From Flavobacterium sp. (GTDB taxonomy: Bacteria > Bacteroidota > Bacteroidia > Flavobacteriales > Flavobacteriaceae), in assembly GCF_046153165.1 (NCBI RefSeq), contig NZ_JBJXEN010000010.1:5995-69994 (forward strand): a stretch of DNA of 64,000 nt. The letters are read 5' to 3'. Position numbers and translations under genes: made by a program. Positions 17,605 through 26,987 of the stretch are shown one piece after another (the first letter of the stretch is position 1; each line of letters begins with the position of its first letter). The notes below the pieces were generated by a model. It was given only the letters and a program-made list of their open reading frames with translations. It did not search any database and was not told the origin of the DNA.

Positions 17605-19185
17605 ATGAGAAAAGCATTTTTAGTCATAAGTATCACCATTTTATCATTAACAGGAATATTAATTTACGTAAATTGGAAGTTTAGTTTTCTATTATTGATA
17701 TTTATTCCATTAATTATAATGGGATTATATGATATGTTTCAGTCTAAAATTACTATTCGCAGAAACTTCCCACTTTTAGGAAGAATGCGTTATTTATTAC
17801 AATCGATTGGTCCTGAAATGCGTCAATATTTCATTGAAACCGATTTAGATGGAAAACCATTTAATCGTTTACAACGAGATTTAGTATACCACCGAAGTAA
17901 AAAAGAAACTGACTCTATGCCTTTCGGGACACAACTTGATGTGTATCAAGAAGGTTACGAATGGATTAATCATAGTATTCGTTCTATACCTTTCTCGCAA
18001 GTAAACGAAAACCCGAGAGTTCATATTGGATCATCTCAATGTACAAAACCTTATGATGCTAGTTTGTTTAATATCAGCGCGATGAGTTTCGGTTCATTAA
18101 GTAAAAATGCCATTTTAGCGTTAAATAATGGCGCAAAACAAGGAGGGTTTTATCATAATACAGGCGAAGGCGGATTATCTCCTTATCATTTACAAGGTGG
18201 TGATGTAGTTTGGAATATTGGAACTGGTTACTTTAGTTGTCGTACACCTGATGGCAAATTTAACTATGATGAATATATAAAAAGAGCCACTTTAGATAAT
18301 GTAAAAATGATCGAAATAAAATTCTCGCAAGGTGCAAAACCTGGTCATGGCGGAATTTTACCCAAAGAAAAAGTAACTGACGAAATTGCTGCTATACGTT
18401 TAGTTTCTAAAGGTCAGGATATTTTATCACCACCTAGTCATTCTGCTTTTACAACACCTTTAGAATTAATGGATTTTGTAAAATTACTACGAAAAGGTTC
18501 TGGCGGAAAACCAATTGGAATGAAAATTTGCATTGGCAATAAATCAGAATTTTTGTCTATTTGTAAAGCAATGGTCGAAACCCAAACCTATCTCGATTTT
18601 ATCACTGTAGATGGTGGCGAAGGTGGAACTGGAGCAGCACCACAAGAATATTCAGACCACGTAGGAATGCCTTTACGTGATGCCGTAGCCTTTGTTTATG
18701 ATGCTCTAAACGGGTACGGAATAAAAGACCAAATCAAAATTATTTGTAGCGGAAAAGTTATTACTGGATTTGACATCATCAGAAATCTTTCTCTTGGTGC
18801 CGATTTATGTAATTCGGCGCGTGGAATGATGTTTGCACTCGGCTGTATTCAAGCACTAGAATGTCACGCAAATACTTGTCCGACAGGTGTTGCTACACAA
18901 AATCCAGAATTAATGAAAGGATTAGTTCCAGAAGAGAAAAGCGTTCGAGTAGCAAGATTTCAGCACGAAACCGTAAAAAGCGCGATGGATCTAATGGCAT
19001 CAGCCGGAATAGATCATCCAGACAAAGTCGACCGATCAGTTGTCAGCACAAGAGTTCATCTTGGTAAAACACAAACTTTTGAAGAAACATATCCAGAAAT
19101 AAAAACAGGCTCATTATTAGACGGAAGTACCGTTCCCAATGAACTTTTTAAAGTTTGGAAAAAAGCAAGTGTAGATAAATTTTAG
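17605..19185 (+). CDS. Stand-alone FMN-binding glutamate synthase family protein (GltB2/YerD-like) with N-terminal TM
   Basis: SAMSFGSLS, NTGEGG, EIKFSQGAKPGHGG and CIQALECHANTCPTGV [3Fe-4S] motif. Confidence 0.9.
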   Translation: MRKAFLVISITILSLTGILIYVNWKFSFLLLIFIPLIIMGLYDMFQSKITIRRNFPLLGRMRYLLQSIGPEMRQYFIETDLDGKPFNRLQRDLVYHRSKKETDSMPFGTQLDVYQEGYEWINHSIRSIPFSQVNENPRVHIGSSQCTKPYDASLFNISAMSFGSLSKNAILALNNGAKQGGFYHNTGEGGLSPYHLQGGDVVWNIGTGYFSCRTPDGKFNYDEYIKRATLDNVKMIEIKFSQGAKPGHGGILPKEKVTDEIAAIRLVSKGQDILSPPSHSAFTTPLELMDFVKLLRKGSGGKPIGMKICIGNKSEFLSICKAMVETQTYLDFITVDGGEGGTGAAPQEYSDHVGMPLRDAVAFVYDALNGYGIKDQIKIICSGKVITGFDIIRNLSLGADLCNSARGMMFALGCIQALECHANTCPTGVATQNPELMKGLVPEEKSVRVARFQHETVKSAMDLMASAGIDHPDKVDRSVVSTRVHLGKTQTFEETYPEIKTGSLLDGSTVPNELFKVWKKASVDKF

Positions 19186-19264
19186 AAGCTATTTCCAGCT
19201 TTACACTGCAATCTTTTTATTTTTAAAGAAAAAATAAAAAGGATTTCCGTTTCAATCTGGGCTA
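19186..19264 (+). repeat. 79-bp REP/MITE-like palindromic repeat, copy A
   Basis: 65/79 identical without gaps (manual count) to the reverse complement of 47859-47937; central hairpin. Confidence 0.8.
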
Positions 19265-19337
19265 AAATTTTAGTAAAGAACAATGATTAAATAAAATCTG
19301 TGCTAATCAGTCTAATCTGTGGCAAAAAATAAAGAAT

Positions 19338-19766
19338 ATGAACCAACCGTTTATAAAACAAGAAAAAATCCGTTTCAAACACATCGACTACGCAGGAATA
19401 GTTTTCTATCCGCGTTTTCTAGAAATGCTAAATGACTTAGTAGAAGATTGGTTCGAAGAAGCATTAGACAGACCATTTTCTAAAATGCACGAAACCAATG
19501 GAATTCCAACGGTCGATTTGAAAGTACAATTTAAAAAAGCGGCCCGATTAGGAGAAATTCTAACCAAAAAATTATGGGTAAAAAATCTTGGTAGCGCATC
19601 AATTTTATGTGGATTTTCATTTGAAGATGAACAAGGAAAAACTTGTTTAGAAGGTGAGGTTACTTTGGTAAATATTGTTTTTCAGGAAAATAAAAACGAT
19701 ATCAAAGCAGAACCTTTTAACGAGGAAATGAAAGAAAAAATTTCAAATTTCATTCAAAATGATTGA
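19338..19766 (+). CDS. Acyl/aroyl-CoA thioesterase (4-HBT hotdog family)
   Basis: HIDYAGIVFYPRF catalytic Asp motif; 142 aa. Confidence 0.88.
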   Translation: MNQPFIKQEKIRFKHIDYAGIVFYPRFLEMLNDLVEDWFEEALDRPFSKMHETNGIPTVDLKVQFKKAARLGEILTKKLWVKNLGSASILCGFSFEDEQGKTCLEGEVTLVNIVFQENKNDIKAEPFNEEMKEKISNFIQND

Positions 19767-20397
19767 ATTTAAAACATTTATGAGTTTAACTGATTCTTCT
19801 GTTGCCGAAGAAATGATTCAGATTTTGAAAGTAAATAAAATTGCTTTCAAAATACAGGATACGTCAAAAGATTTTGATGCTACTTTTGCTAATAATACAG
19901 CACAGGATTCTATACTTATTATGCTTAATCCCAATGATTTTGATAAAGCTTCTAGAATACTGGATGAGAACATGCAGTTTAATATTAATGAAATTGATTC
20001 TCTTCATCCACTTTTTTCTTTCACTATAGATGAACTAAAAGATGTTGTGAAAAATTATGATGAATGGCATCCTTTAGATGTTAAATTGGCTAAGCATCTT
20101 TTAAAAAATGAGAGTATAACCGTTGAAGATTCCGAAATTATTGACAAACAACTTCAAAAAGAAATTAAATCCCAACAACCTGAAAAATCAAATTCATTAA
20201 CCCTTATTATGGGTTACGGTTTTTGTATAATGGGTGGCTTAGCGGGAATTGGAATTGCAATATTCTTATTAACTGGAAAAAGAACTATGACAGATGGTTC
20301 AAAAAAATATATTTACTCAAAATCTGATAGAGTTCACGGTGTATATATGCTTATTGCTGGCACTGCTGTTTTTCTTTCATTATTTATTTTAAATTAA
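19759..20397 (+). CDS. Hypothetical membrane protein (DUF2007-like N-terminus, two C-terminal TMs)
   Basis: AEEMIQILKVNKI..DTS pattern, DEWHPLD, two hydrophobic helices; overlaps thioesterase stop. Confidence 0.55.
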   Translation: MIEFKTFMSLTDSSVAEEMIQILKVNKIAFKIQDTSKDFDATFANNTAQDSILIMLNPNDFDKASRILDENMQFNINEIDSLHPLFSFTIDELKDVVKNYDEWHPLDVKLAKHLLKNESITVEDSEIIDKQLQKEIKSQQPEKSNSLTLIMGYGFCIMGGLAGIGIAIFLLTGKRTMTDGSKKYIYSKSDRVHGVYMLIAGTAVFLSLFILN

Positions 20398-20404
20398 ATC
20401 GACA

Positions 20405-21385
20405 ATGGAATTCAAAAAATTTAAAGCAGCAACCGTTCAAACTTCACCTGTTTTTCTAAACGTTGAAAAAACAGTTGAAAAAGCGATTACATTTATCAAA
20501 GAAGCCAGTCAAAATGGAGCGCAATTAATTGCTTTTCCAGAAGTATTTGTGGCAGGTTATCCGTATTGGAATTGGATTATAACACCAGTTCAAGGTAGCA
20601 AATGGTACGAAAAACTATACAAATGTTCTGTCAAAACAGACGATGAAGCCATGCAACCTTTGTTTCAAGCAGCAAAAGACAACAACATTCACATTGTAAT
20701 CGGAATTAACGAACGTGGTGATTCTTATGGTGAAATTTACAATACTAATTTAATCATTGATAATCACGGAAACTTAATCGGAAAACACAGAAAGTTAGTA
20801 CCCACTTGGGCAGAAAAACTTACTTGGACTTCTGGAGATGGTTCTTCATTAAAAGTATATAATACAGAAATTGGTCCCATTGGAACTTTGGCTTGTGGTG
20901 AAAACACGAATACTTTAGCGCGTTTCACATTACTATCTCAAGGGGAATTAATTCACATTGCGAATTATATTTCGTTGCCAGTGGCACCACCAGATTATAA
21001 TATGGCGGAAGCGATAAAAATTCGTGCAGCGGCACATTCTTTCGAAGGGAAATTGTTTACGATTGTTTCGTGTTCAACGATTTCTAAAGAAATTATGGAA
21101 GCGTTAAAAGATGATGTTCCGAATGTGGAAGAATTATTAACTCGTAAGAACTCCGCTTTTTCAGGCTTTATTGGTCCAAATGGCGCTGTAATCGGCGAGC
21201 CATTAATTGACGACGAAGGAATGGTGTATGCCGATATCGATTTAGAAAAATGCATTCAACCAAAACAAATGCACGACATTCTCGGACATTATAATAGATT
21301 TGATATCTTTGATTTGCGTGTAAACATTGCTCCAACTCGAAAAATCACGTTTATAGACAATCACGAGGAATTTAATAAAAGATAG
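20405..21385 (+). CDS. Carbon-nitrogen hydrolase (nitrilase/amidase superfamily)
   Basis: Glu-Lys-Cys triad in FPE, HRKLVPT and LACGEN. Confidence 0.9.
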   Translation: MEFKKFKAATVQTSPVFLNVEKTVEKAITFIKEASQNGAQLIAFPEVFVAGYPYWNWIITPVQGSKWYEKLYKCSVKTDDEAMQPLFQAAKDNNIHIVIGINERGDSYGEIYNTNLIIDNHGNLIGKHRKLVPTWAEKLTWTSGDGSSLKVYNTEIGPIGTLACGENTNTLARFTLLSQGELIHIANYISLPVAPPDYNMAEAIKIRAAAHSFEGKLFTIVSCSTISKEIMEALKDDVPNVEELLTRKNSAFSGFIGPNGAVIGEPLIDDEGMVYADIDLEKCIQPKQMHDILGHYNRFDIFDLRVNIAPTRKITFIDNHEEFNKR

Positions 21386-21397
21386 CATTAAAATACT

Positions 21398-22516
21398 ATG
21401 GAAGATAAATTTTCAGATGACCAAATTGGTCGTGCAAGAGTACAAGATTCGCCAGAATTAGTAGCGTATTACAAAGAGTTAGAAACGCTTGGCGCTGGTG
21501 CATTATGGACAGTGGCTAACGACATTGAACCTTGGGAACCAAGATCATCATCTGTTCCAATGCTTTGGAAATATGACGATTTACGTGAATTAGTTTTAAA
21601 ATCATCGGAATTAGTTACACCAGAACAGGCAGGAAGACGTGTAGTTTATTTAGTAAACGATAAACGTAAAGATGTTTCTGCAGCTGTGGGTTGGTTGTAT
21701 ACTGGAATACAAGTGACTCGACCTGGAGAAAGTACTTCGGCGCATCGTCATCGTGCTTCTGCTTTACGCTTTATCATGGAAGGCGAACGCGGATATACTG
21801 TTGTAGATGGTAATAAAATCATGCTAGAAGTAAACGATTTTGTAATTACACCTAATTCGACTTGGCACGAACACGGAGTTGAACAAGGTGGAAAAACATG
21901 CATTTGGCAAGATGGTTTAGATATTCCTTTAGTAAATGCGCTTGAAGCCAATGATTATGCCGTTTATGATGGCAAACAACCTCTAACAGTTCCTGTTAAT
22001 TATTCTCCAATATTATATGGGGGAGCTGGTTTGATCCCAGCCGATAAAACTTGGGACAAACCCTATTCACCATTATTTAAATATTCTTGGAAGAACGTAT
22101 ATCCAGCACTTTTAGAAGCTCAAAAAGTATCAGAAGTGAATCCTTTTGATGGAATTTTTATGCAATATTCCAATCCATTAACTGGCGGCCACGTAATGCA
22201 AACTATGGGAGCATCGATGCAATTATTGCCAGCTGGTTTCAAAGGAAAAGCACACAAACATACAGGTTCAATCGTATATCAATGTGCTAAAGGAAAAGGT
22301 TATTCTATCATTAACGGAAAAAGATACGATTGGAAAGAACGTGATATTTTCTGTGTTCCATCTTGGGCTTGGCACGAACATCACAATTTATCTGAAACGG
22401 AAGATGCTTGTTTGTTTTCGTTTAATGATTTACCTGTAATTCAATCTTTAGGATTATATCAAGAAAAAATATATGAGGAAAATAAAGGATATCAAGAAGT
22501 TACGATAATACTATAA
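21398..22516 (+). CDS. Gentisate 1,2-dioxygenase-like bicupin ring-cleaving dioxygenase
   Basis: LYTGIQ..PGE..AHRHRASALRF, WHEHG, DGLDIPLV; second cupin with HKHT/WAWHEH. Confidence 0.85.
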   Translation: MEDKFSDDQIGRARVQDSPELVAYYKELETLGAGALWTVANDIEPWEPRSSSVPMLWKYDDLRELVLKSSELVTPEQAGRRVVYLVNDKRKDVSAAVGWLYTGIQVTRPGESTSAHRHRASALRFIMEGERGYTVVDGNKIMLEVNDFVITPNSTWHEHGVEQGGKTCIWQDGLDIPLVNALEANDYAVYDGKQPLTVPVNYSPILYGGAGLIPADKTWDKPYSPLFKYSWKNVYPALLEAQKVSEVNPFDGIFMQYSNPLTGGHVMQTMGASMQLLPAGFKGKAHKHTGSIVYQCAKGKGYSIINGKRYDWKERDIFCVPSWAWHEHHNLSETEDACLFSFNDLPVIQSLGLYQEKIYEENKGYQEVTIIL

Positions 22517-22519
22517 AAA

Positions 22520-23041
22520 ATGTTTAAAAATACAATATATCTATATTTAATTCTATTAACTATAATTTCTTGCAATTCTAAACATGAGAATATGGAACAT
22601 ATGAAGCCATTAACAGTTAATAAAGATTCTATAAAAGTTCCACCTTTTAAAATTCAGTTAAAGTTTTCGGACAAAGCAAATAGAACTTTAAAAAAGGAAA
22701 ATGAAACTATTTTAGTTGATGTTGAATTTATAGGAACTCCTGAATCAAAAATTACTGAAAAATATAAATATGAATATTACGATGAAAACGGACAAGTTAC
22801 AATTGGGAAAAAAATAATTGAAGTAACCAAACAGAGTGAAATAAAATTTGATAATTGTAAAGTATCCAAAGGCTTATTAGAATTGCTCAAAAACAAAACA
22901 TATAATGTTAGAATTACTATTGTAAGTGGCAGAAAGACATCTGAGGATAATTTGCTATACTGTGATTTTATAGAGCAAAATATTGAGAAAATTAGAAATA
23001 AAACTATAAAGATAAACGGCAAGTTAATTGAGGAAGAATAA
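22520..23041 (+). CDS. Hypothetical lipoprotein
   Basis: Lipobox-like IISC after a hydrophobic leader; very AT-rich. Confidence 0.6.
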   Translation: MFKNTIYLYLILLTIISCNSKHENMEHMKPLTVNKDSIKVPPFKIQLKFSDKANRTLKKENETILVDVEFIGTPESKITEKYKYEYYDENGQVTIGKKIIEVTKQSEIKFDNCKVSKGLLELLKNKTYNVRITIVSGRKTSEDNLLYCDFIEQNIEKIRNKTIKINGKLIEEE

Positions 23042-23243
23042 GCATTGCAAATAAAAATCGTTTACTGTAAGTTAAAGTCTAAATTTGATGTTGGCTTTGT
23101 GTTTGGAAAATCACTTATAAATCGATAGTTTTGGATAATTAATCCTCACCTTCAGTAACTGACGGGATATTCAATAATAATTTCAACAATCAATATTAAA
23201 AACCTTAGAACCTTAGTTCCTTTGCAACTTAGAACCTTAAAAC

Positions 23244-24152
23244 ATGAAACTACTTACCTACAAAACATCAGAAACAGAGCCAAGATTAGGATTTATTCAT
23301 AACAATCAAGTTATTGATATGGAAGATTTTGGAGATATTTCTAATTTCCCATTACCAAATGATATGTTGGATTTAATTGATATGGGATTTGAAATTATTG
23401 CAGAAATAAATGATATGATTTCAGAAACAAGTCAAAAACAAATCGATGAAATTAGTTATGCTTTTGATGAAATTACCATCCTTGCTCCTATCGAAAAACC
23501 AAGAAAAAACATCATCGGAATTGGTTTAAATTACACCGAACACGTTGCCGAAAGCGCTAGAACATTAGATACAACAGGAAAATTACCTACAAAACCAATT
23601 ATTTTTTCTAAGCCTACTACAACTGTAACTGGAACAAATACTAACATTATTAAAAACACTAAATTGACCGAACAATTAGATTGGGAAGTCGAATTGGCTG
23701 TTGTTATTGGTAAAAAAGGAAAATATGTAGCTAAAGAAGACGCATTAGATTATGTGTTTGGTTACACGGTAATTAACGATATTTCTGCACGTGATTGTCG
23801 TCGAGAAGGACAATGGATTGTATCAAAAGGGCAAGATACTTTTGCGCCAATGGGTCCAATTATAGTAACCAAAGACGAAATCGAGAATCCACACAACTTG
23901 AATTTATCATTAAAAGTAAATGGTGTTGAAAAACAAAATTCGAATACAAAATTCTTATTGTTCAATATCAATGATTTGATTGAAGATTTAAGTATCGTTT
24001 TCACTTTAGAACCAGGTGATATTATTGCTACAGGAACACCATCAGGCGTTGGAGCAGGAAGAAGCCCACAAGAATTTATGAATGATGGTGATGTGGTTGA
24101 AGCCACTGTAGAAGGAATTGGAACAATTGTGAATACAGTTAAGGAGATTTAG
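23244..24152 (+). CDS. Fumarylacetoacetate hydrolase family protein
   Basis: GIGLNYTEH, LDWEVEL, NDISARD, KGQDTFAPMGP and GDIIATGTPSGVG motifs. Confidence 0.92.
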   Translation: MKLLTYKTSETEPRLGFIHNNQVIDMEDFGDISNFPLPNDMLDLIDMGFEIIAEINDMISETSQKQIDEISYAFDEITILAPIEKPRKNIIGIGLNYTEHVAESARTLDTTGKLPTKPIIFSKPTTTVTGTNTNIIKNTKLTEQLDWEVELAVVIGKKGKYVAKEDALDYVFGYTVINDISARDCRREGQWIVSKGQDTFAPMGPIIVTKDEIENPHNLNLSLKVNGVEKQNSNTKFLLFNINDLIEDLSIVFTLEPGDIIATGTPSGVGAGRSPQEFMNDGDVVEATVEGIGTIVNTVKEI

Positions 24153-24154
24153 AA

Positions 24155-24448
24155 ATGAAATTAAGCAATTCATTTAGCGGAGCTTTAAGGACATTTTCAT
24201 ACTTTATGGCAAGTGGTACTCATTACAATTTAAAGGGAATAAATTATTTAGAACTTTATGGAAATGAACCAAGTGCGATAGAACAAGTTTTTGCAATTTT
24301 TGCAAATGTTATTGAAATGAATGAGAAAGGTGAAGTTTTAAATGCAAAATATGCTGAAATAAGAGCAACAAATTATTTAAAACAATATTGTGACAATTCA
24401 TTTGTTATTGATAAACCTTTTGAAGATTGGGAAATTGAGCTACATTAA
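24155..24448 (+). CDS. Hypothetical protein, 97 aa
   Basis: Clean ORF with 2-nt and 15-nt spacing to neighbours; no motif recognised. Confidence 0.6.
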   Translation: MKLSNSFSGALRTFSYFMASGTHYNLKGINYLELYGNEPSAIEQVFAIFANVIEMNEKGEVLNAKYAEIRATNYLKQYCDNSFVIDKPFEDWEIELH

Positions 24449-24463
24449 CACATTATTTTTAAA

Positions 24464-25213
24464 ATGAAAAAATACAGAATAGGACAAATAGTTCCATCAT
24501 CAAACGTAACGATGGAAACCGAAATACCGGCTATCTTTCGCTCACGTGAAACCATTTTACCAGAACGATTTACTTTTCATTCAAGCAGAATGAGAATGAA
24601 AAAAGTGACCAAAGAAGAGCTCGAAGCTATGGATGCCATGAGTCTTAAATGTGCTCAGGAATTATCTGATGCACATGTGGATGTTATGGGTTATGCTTGT
24701 TTGGTTGCCATTATGAGTATGGGTCGCGGTTATCATTGCGTTTCGGAAATAAATTTACATCAAGAAACTGTAGCGAACGACTTCCCTACTCCAATTGTGA
24801 CTTCTGCTGGAGCATTAATCAATGGATTAAAAGTTTTAGGGGCAAAAAAAGTAGCTATTATTACACCGTATATGCGTCCGTTAACAAATATGGTTGTCGA
24901 TTATATAGAACATCAAGGATTTGAAGTTGTTGATTCAATTGCTTTGGAAATTCCAGATAATTTAGAAGTCGCCGCTCAAGATCCAATGAATTTATTAGAA
25001 ATTTACAAACGTTTAAACTTGGAAGGTGTTGATGTTTTAGTTGCTTCAGCTTGTGTACAAATGCCATCATTAGAAGCGATTGATTTAATTCAAAAGGAAA
25101 TTGGAATTCCAGTTACTTCTGCTGCAGTTTGTACTACGTATGAAATGATGAAAAAATTAGGTATTGAAGCTAAATCTGCTATTGGTGGCGAATTATTAAG
25201 CGGAAAATATTAA
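24464..25213 (+). CDS. maiA: Maleate cis-trans isomerase (Asp/Glu racemase superfamily)
   Basis: GQIVPSSNVTMETE, YACLVAIM and SACVQMP (two catalytic Cys). Confidence 0.9.
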   Translation: MKKYRIGQIVPSSNVTMETEIPAIFRSRETILPERFTFHSSRMRMKKVTKEELEAMDAMSLKCAQELSDAHVDVMGYACLVAIMSMGRGYHCVSEINLHQETVANDFPTPIVTSAGALINGLKVLGAKKVAIITPYMRPLTNMVVDYIEHQGFEVVDSIALEIPDNLEVAAQDPMNLLEIYKRLNLEGVDVLVASACVQMPSLEAIDLIQKEIGIPVTSAAVCTTYEMMKKLGIEAKSAIGGELLSGKY

Positions 25214-25225
25214 AATATAATTATT

Positions 25226-25267
25226 AAAAAAAATCCTGAAGTTTTTGAAGCTTCAGGATTTTTTTTT
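25226..25267. terminator. Bidirectional terminator between maleate isomerase and rho
   Basis: A8-tcctgaag / cttcagga-T9 stem-loop. Confidence 0.85.
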
Positions 25268-26987
25268 AGTCATTCATCGAAATCAAAAATTCTTCGTTAT
25301 TTCTGGTTTTTTTGAATCTATCATTTATAAATTCCATTGCTTCTACAGGATTCATATCGGCAAGATATTTTCTCATAATCCACATGCGTTGTATTGTTTT
25401 TTCATCAAGTAATAAATCATCACGACGTGTACTAGAAGAAGTAAGATCAATTGCTGGAAAAATACGACGATTTGCAATTTTACGATCCAATTGTAATTCC
25501 ATATTACCAGTTCCTTTAAATTCTTCGAAGATAACTTCGTCCATTTTAGAACCTGTTTCTGTAAGTGCTGTTGCAATAATACTTAACGAACCTCCATTCT
25601 CTACATTACGAGCCGCTCCAAAAAAGCGTTTTGGTTTTTGCAATGCATTAGCATCTACACCTCCACTTAATACTTTTCCAGATGCTGGTTGCACTGTGTT
25701 ATAAGCTCTTGCTAATCGTGTAATTGAATCTAAAAGAATAACAACATCATGTCCACATTCGACCAAACGTTTTGCTTTTTCTAACACGATATTAGCAATT
25801 TTCACGTGCTCTTGTGGTTCTCTATCAAAAGTAGAAGCAACTACTTCTCCACGCACACTACGTTGCATGTCTGTAACTTCTTCTGGACGTTCATCTATTA
25901 GTAATACTATTAAATATACTTCTGGATGATTGGCTGCAATTGCATTAGCAATCTCCTTAAGTAACATTGTTTTACCAGTTTTTGGTTGTGCTACGATCAT
26001 ACCACGTTGTCCTTTCCCTATTGGAGAAAACAAATCGATAATACGGGTAGAAATAGAACTTCCTTTTTCTGCCAAACGAAATTTTTCTGTTGGAAATATT
26101 GGTGTTAAGTGTTCAAAAGAAACTCTATCACGAACTACTTGCGGATCATGTCCGTTTATTTTTAGAACTCTAACTAAAGGAAAATATTTTTCTCCTTCTT
26201 TTGGAGGACGAACCACCCCTTTTACAGTGTCTCCTGTTTTTAAACCGAACAAACGTACTTGAGAAGTTGATAAATAAATATCATCAGGTGAAGCCAAGTA
26301 ATTATAATCTGATGAGCGCAAAAAACCATAACCATCAGGCATCATTTCTAAGACACCTTCACTTTCTATAATTCCCTCGAACTCATAATCTGGTTCTCTA
26401 AAATTATTTTTATGTTTTGCGTTAGGATTAGGGTTTTGATTTTGATTTTTTTGATTCGGATTTACAGGTTTTTCTTTTTGAACTGGCTCTGCATTTTCTA
26501 GTGTTTCCGAAACTACTTCTTCTGTATTTGTTGGGGCAACTACAGGTTTAACTGCTTTTTTATTTCTATGTGAATTATCTACTTTAGTCACATTATTTTC
26601 GTCTTTTGTAAAACGAATCACTTTTGGTGGGCGTTGTTTTTGTATTACTTCAACAACTGGTTCACTTGGTATAGATACAGCTTCAATTTTAGGTTCTTCA
26701 AAAGAAATTATTTCTTGCTGAACTGGCTTATTTACTACTGGTTTTGGGGTAATTGGTTTTGAAACTTTAGCTTCAACAATCCTTGTTCTCTTGGGCTTTT
26801 CTTCAACAACTGGAACAATTTCTTGTGCGATTGGAGCGATTTTTTCAGGATTTGCTGCTTGATAATCTAATATTTGATAAACAAGCTCATCTTTTTTTAG
26901 CGTCTTGAATTTAGCAATTTTAGCAATTTTAGCAATTTCTTGTAGCTCAGGGAGCTTCATTTCTTTTAAAACAGAAATATCAAACAT
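25266..26987 (-). CDS. rho: Transcription termination factor Rho with long N-terminal insertion
   Basis: [33 protein letters not shown] and FKGTGNMEL motifs. Confidence 0.98.
   Translation of the reverse strand: MFDISVLKEMKLPELQEIAKIAKIAKFKTLKKDELVYQILDYQAANPEKIAPIAQEIVPVVEEKPKRTRIVEAKVSKPITPKPVVNKPVQQEIISFEEPKIEAVSIPSEPVVEVIQKQRPPKVIRFTKDENNVTKVDNSHRNKKAVKPVVAPTNTEEVVSETLENAEPVQKEKPVNPNQKNQNQNPNPNAKHKNNFREPDYEFEGIIESEGVLEMMPDGYGFLRSSDYNYLASPDDIYLSTSQVRLFGLKTGDTVKGVVRPPKEGEKYFPLVRVLKINGHDPQVVRDRVSFEHLTPIFPTEKFRLAEKGSSISTRIIDLFSPIGKGQRGMIVAQPKTGKTMLLKEIANAIAANHPEVYLIVLLIDERPEEVTDMQRSVRGEVVASTFDREPQEHVKIANIVLEKAKRLVECGHDVVILLDSITRLARAYNTVQPASGKVLSGGVDANALQKPKRFFGAARNVENGGSLSIIATALTETGSKMDEVIFEEFKGTGNMELQLDRKIANRRIFPAIDLTSSSTRRDDLLLDEKTIQRMWIMRKYLADMNPVEAMEFINDRFKKTRNNEEFLISMND

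Noticed and set aside
19186-19323. CRISPR array or sRNA in repeat-rich intergenic regions
   Set aside because: No regularly spaced identical repeats with unique spacers and no cas genes; dispersed REP-like repeats explain the signal.
23045-23128. 27-codon TTG-started ORF after the lipoprotein
   Set aside because: Too short, with no recognisable features or translation signal.
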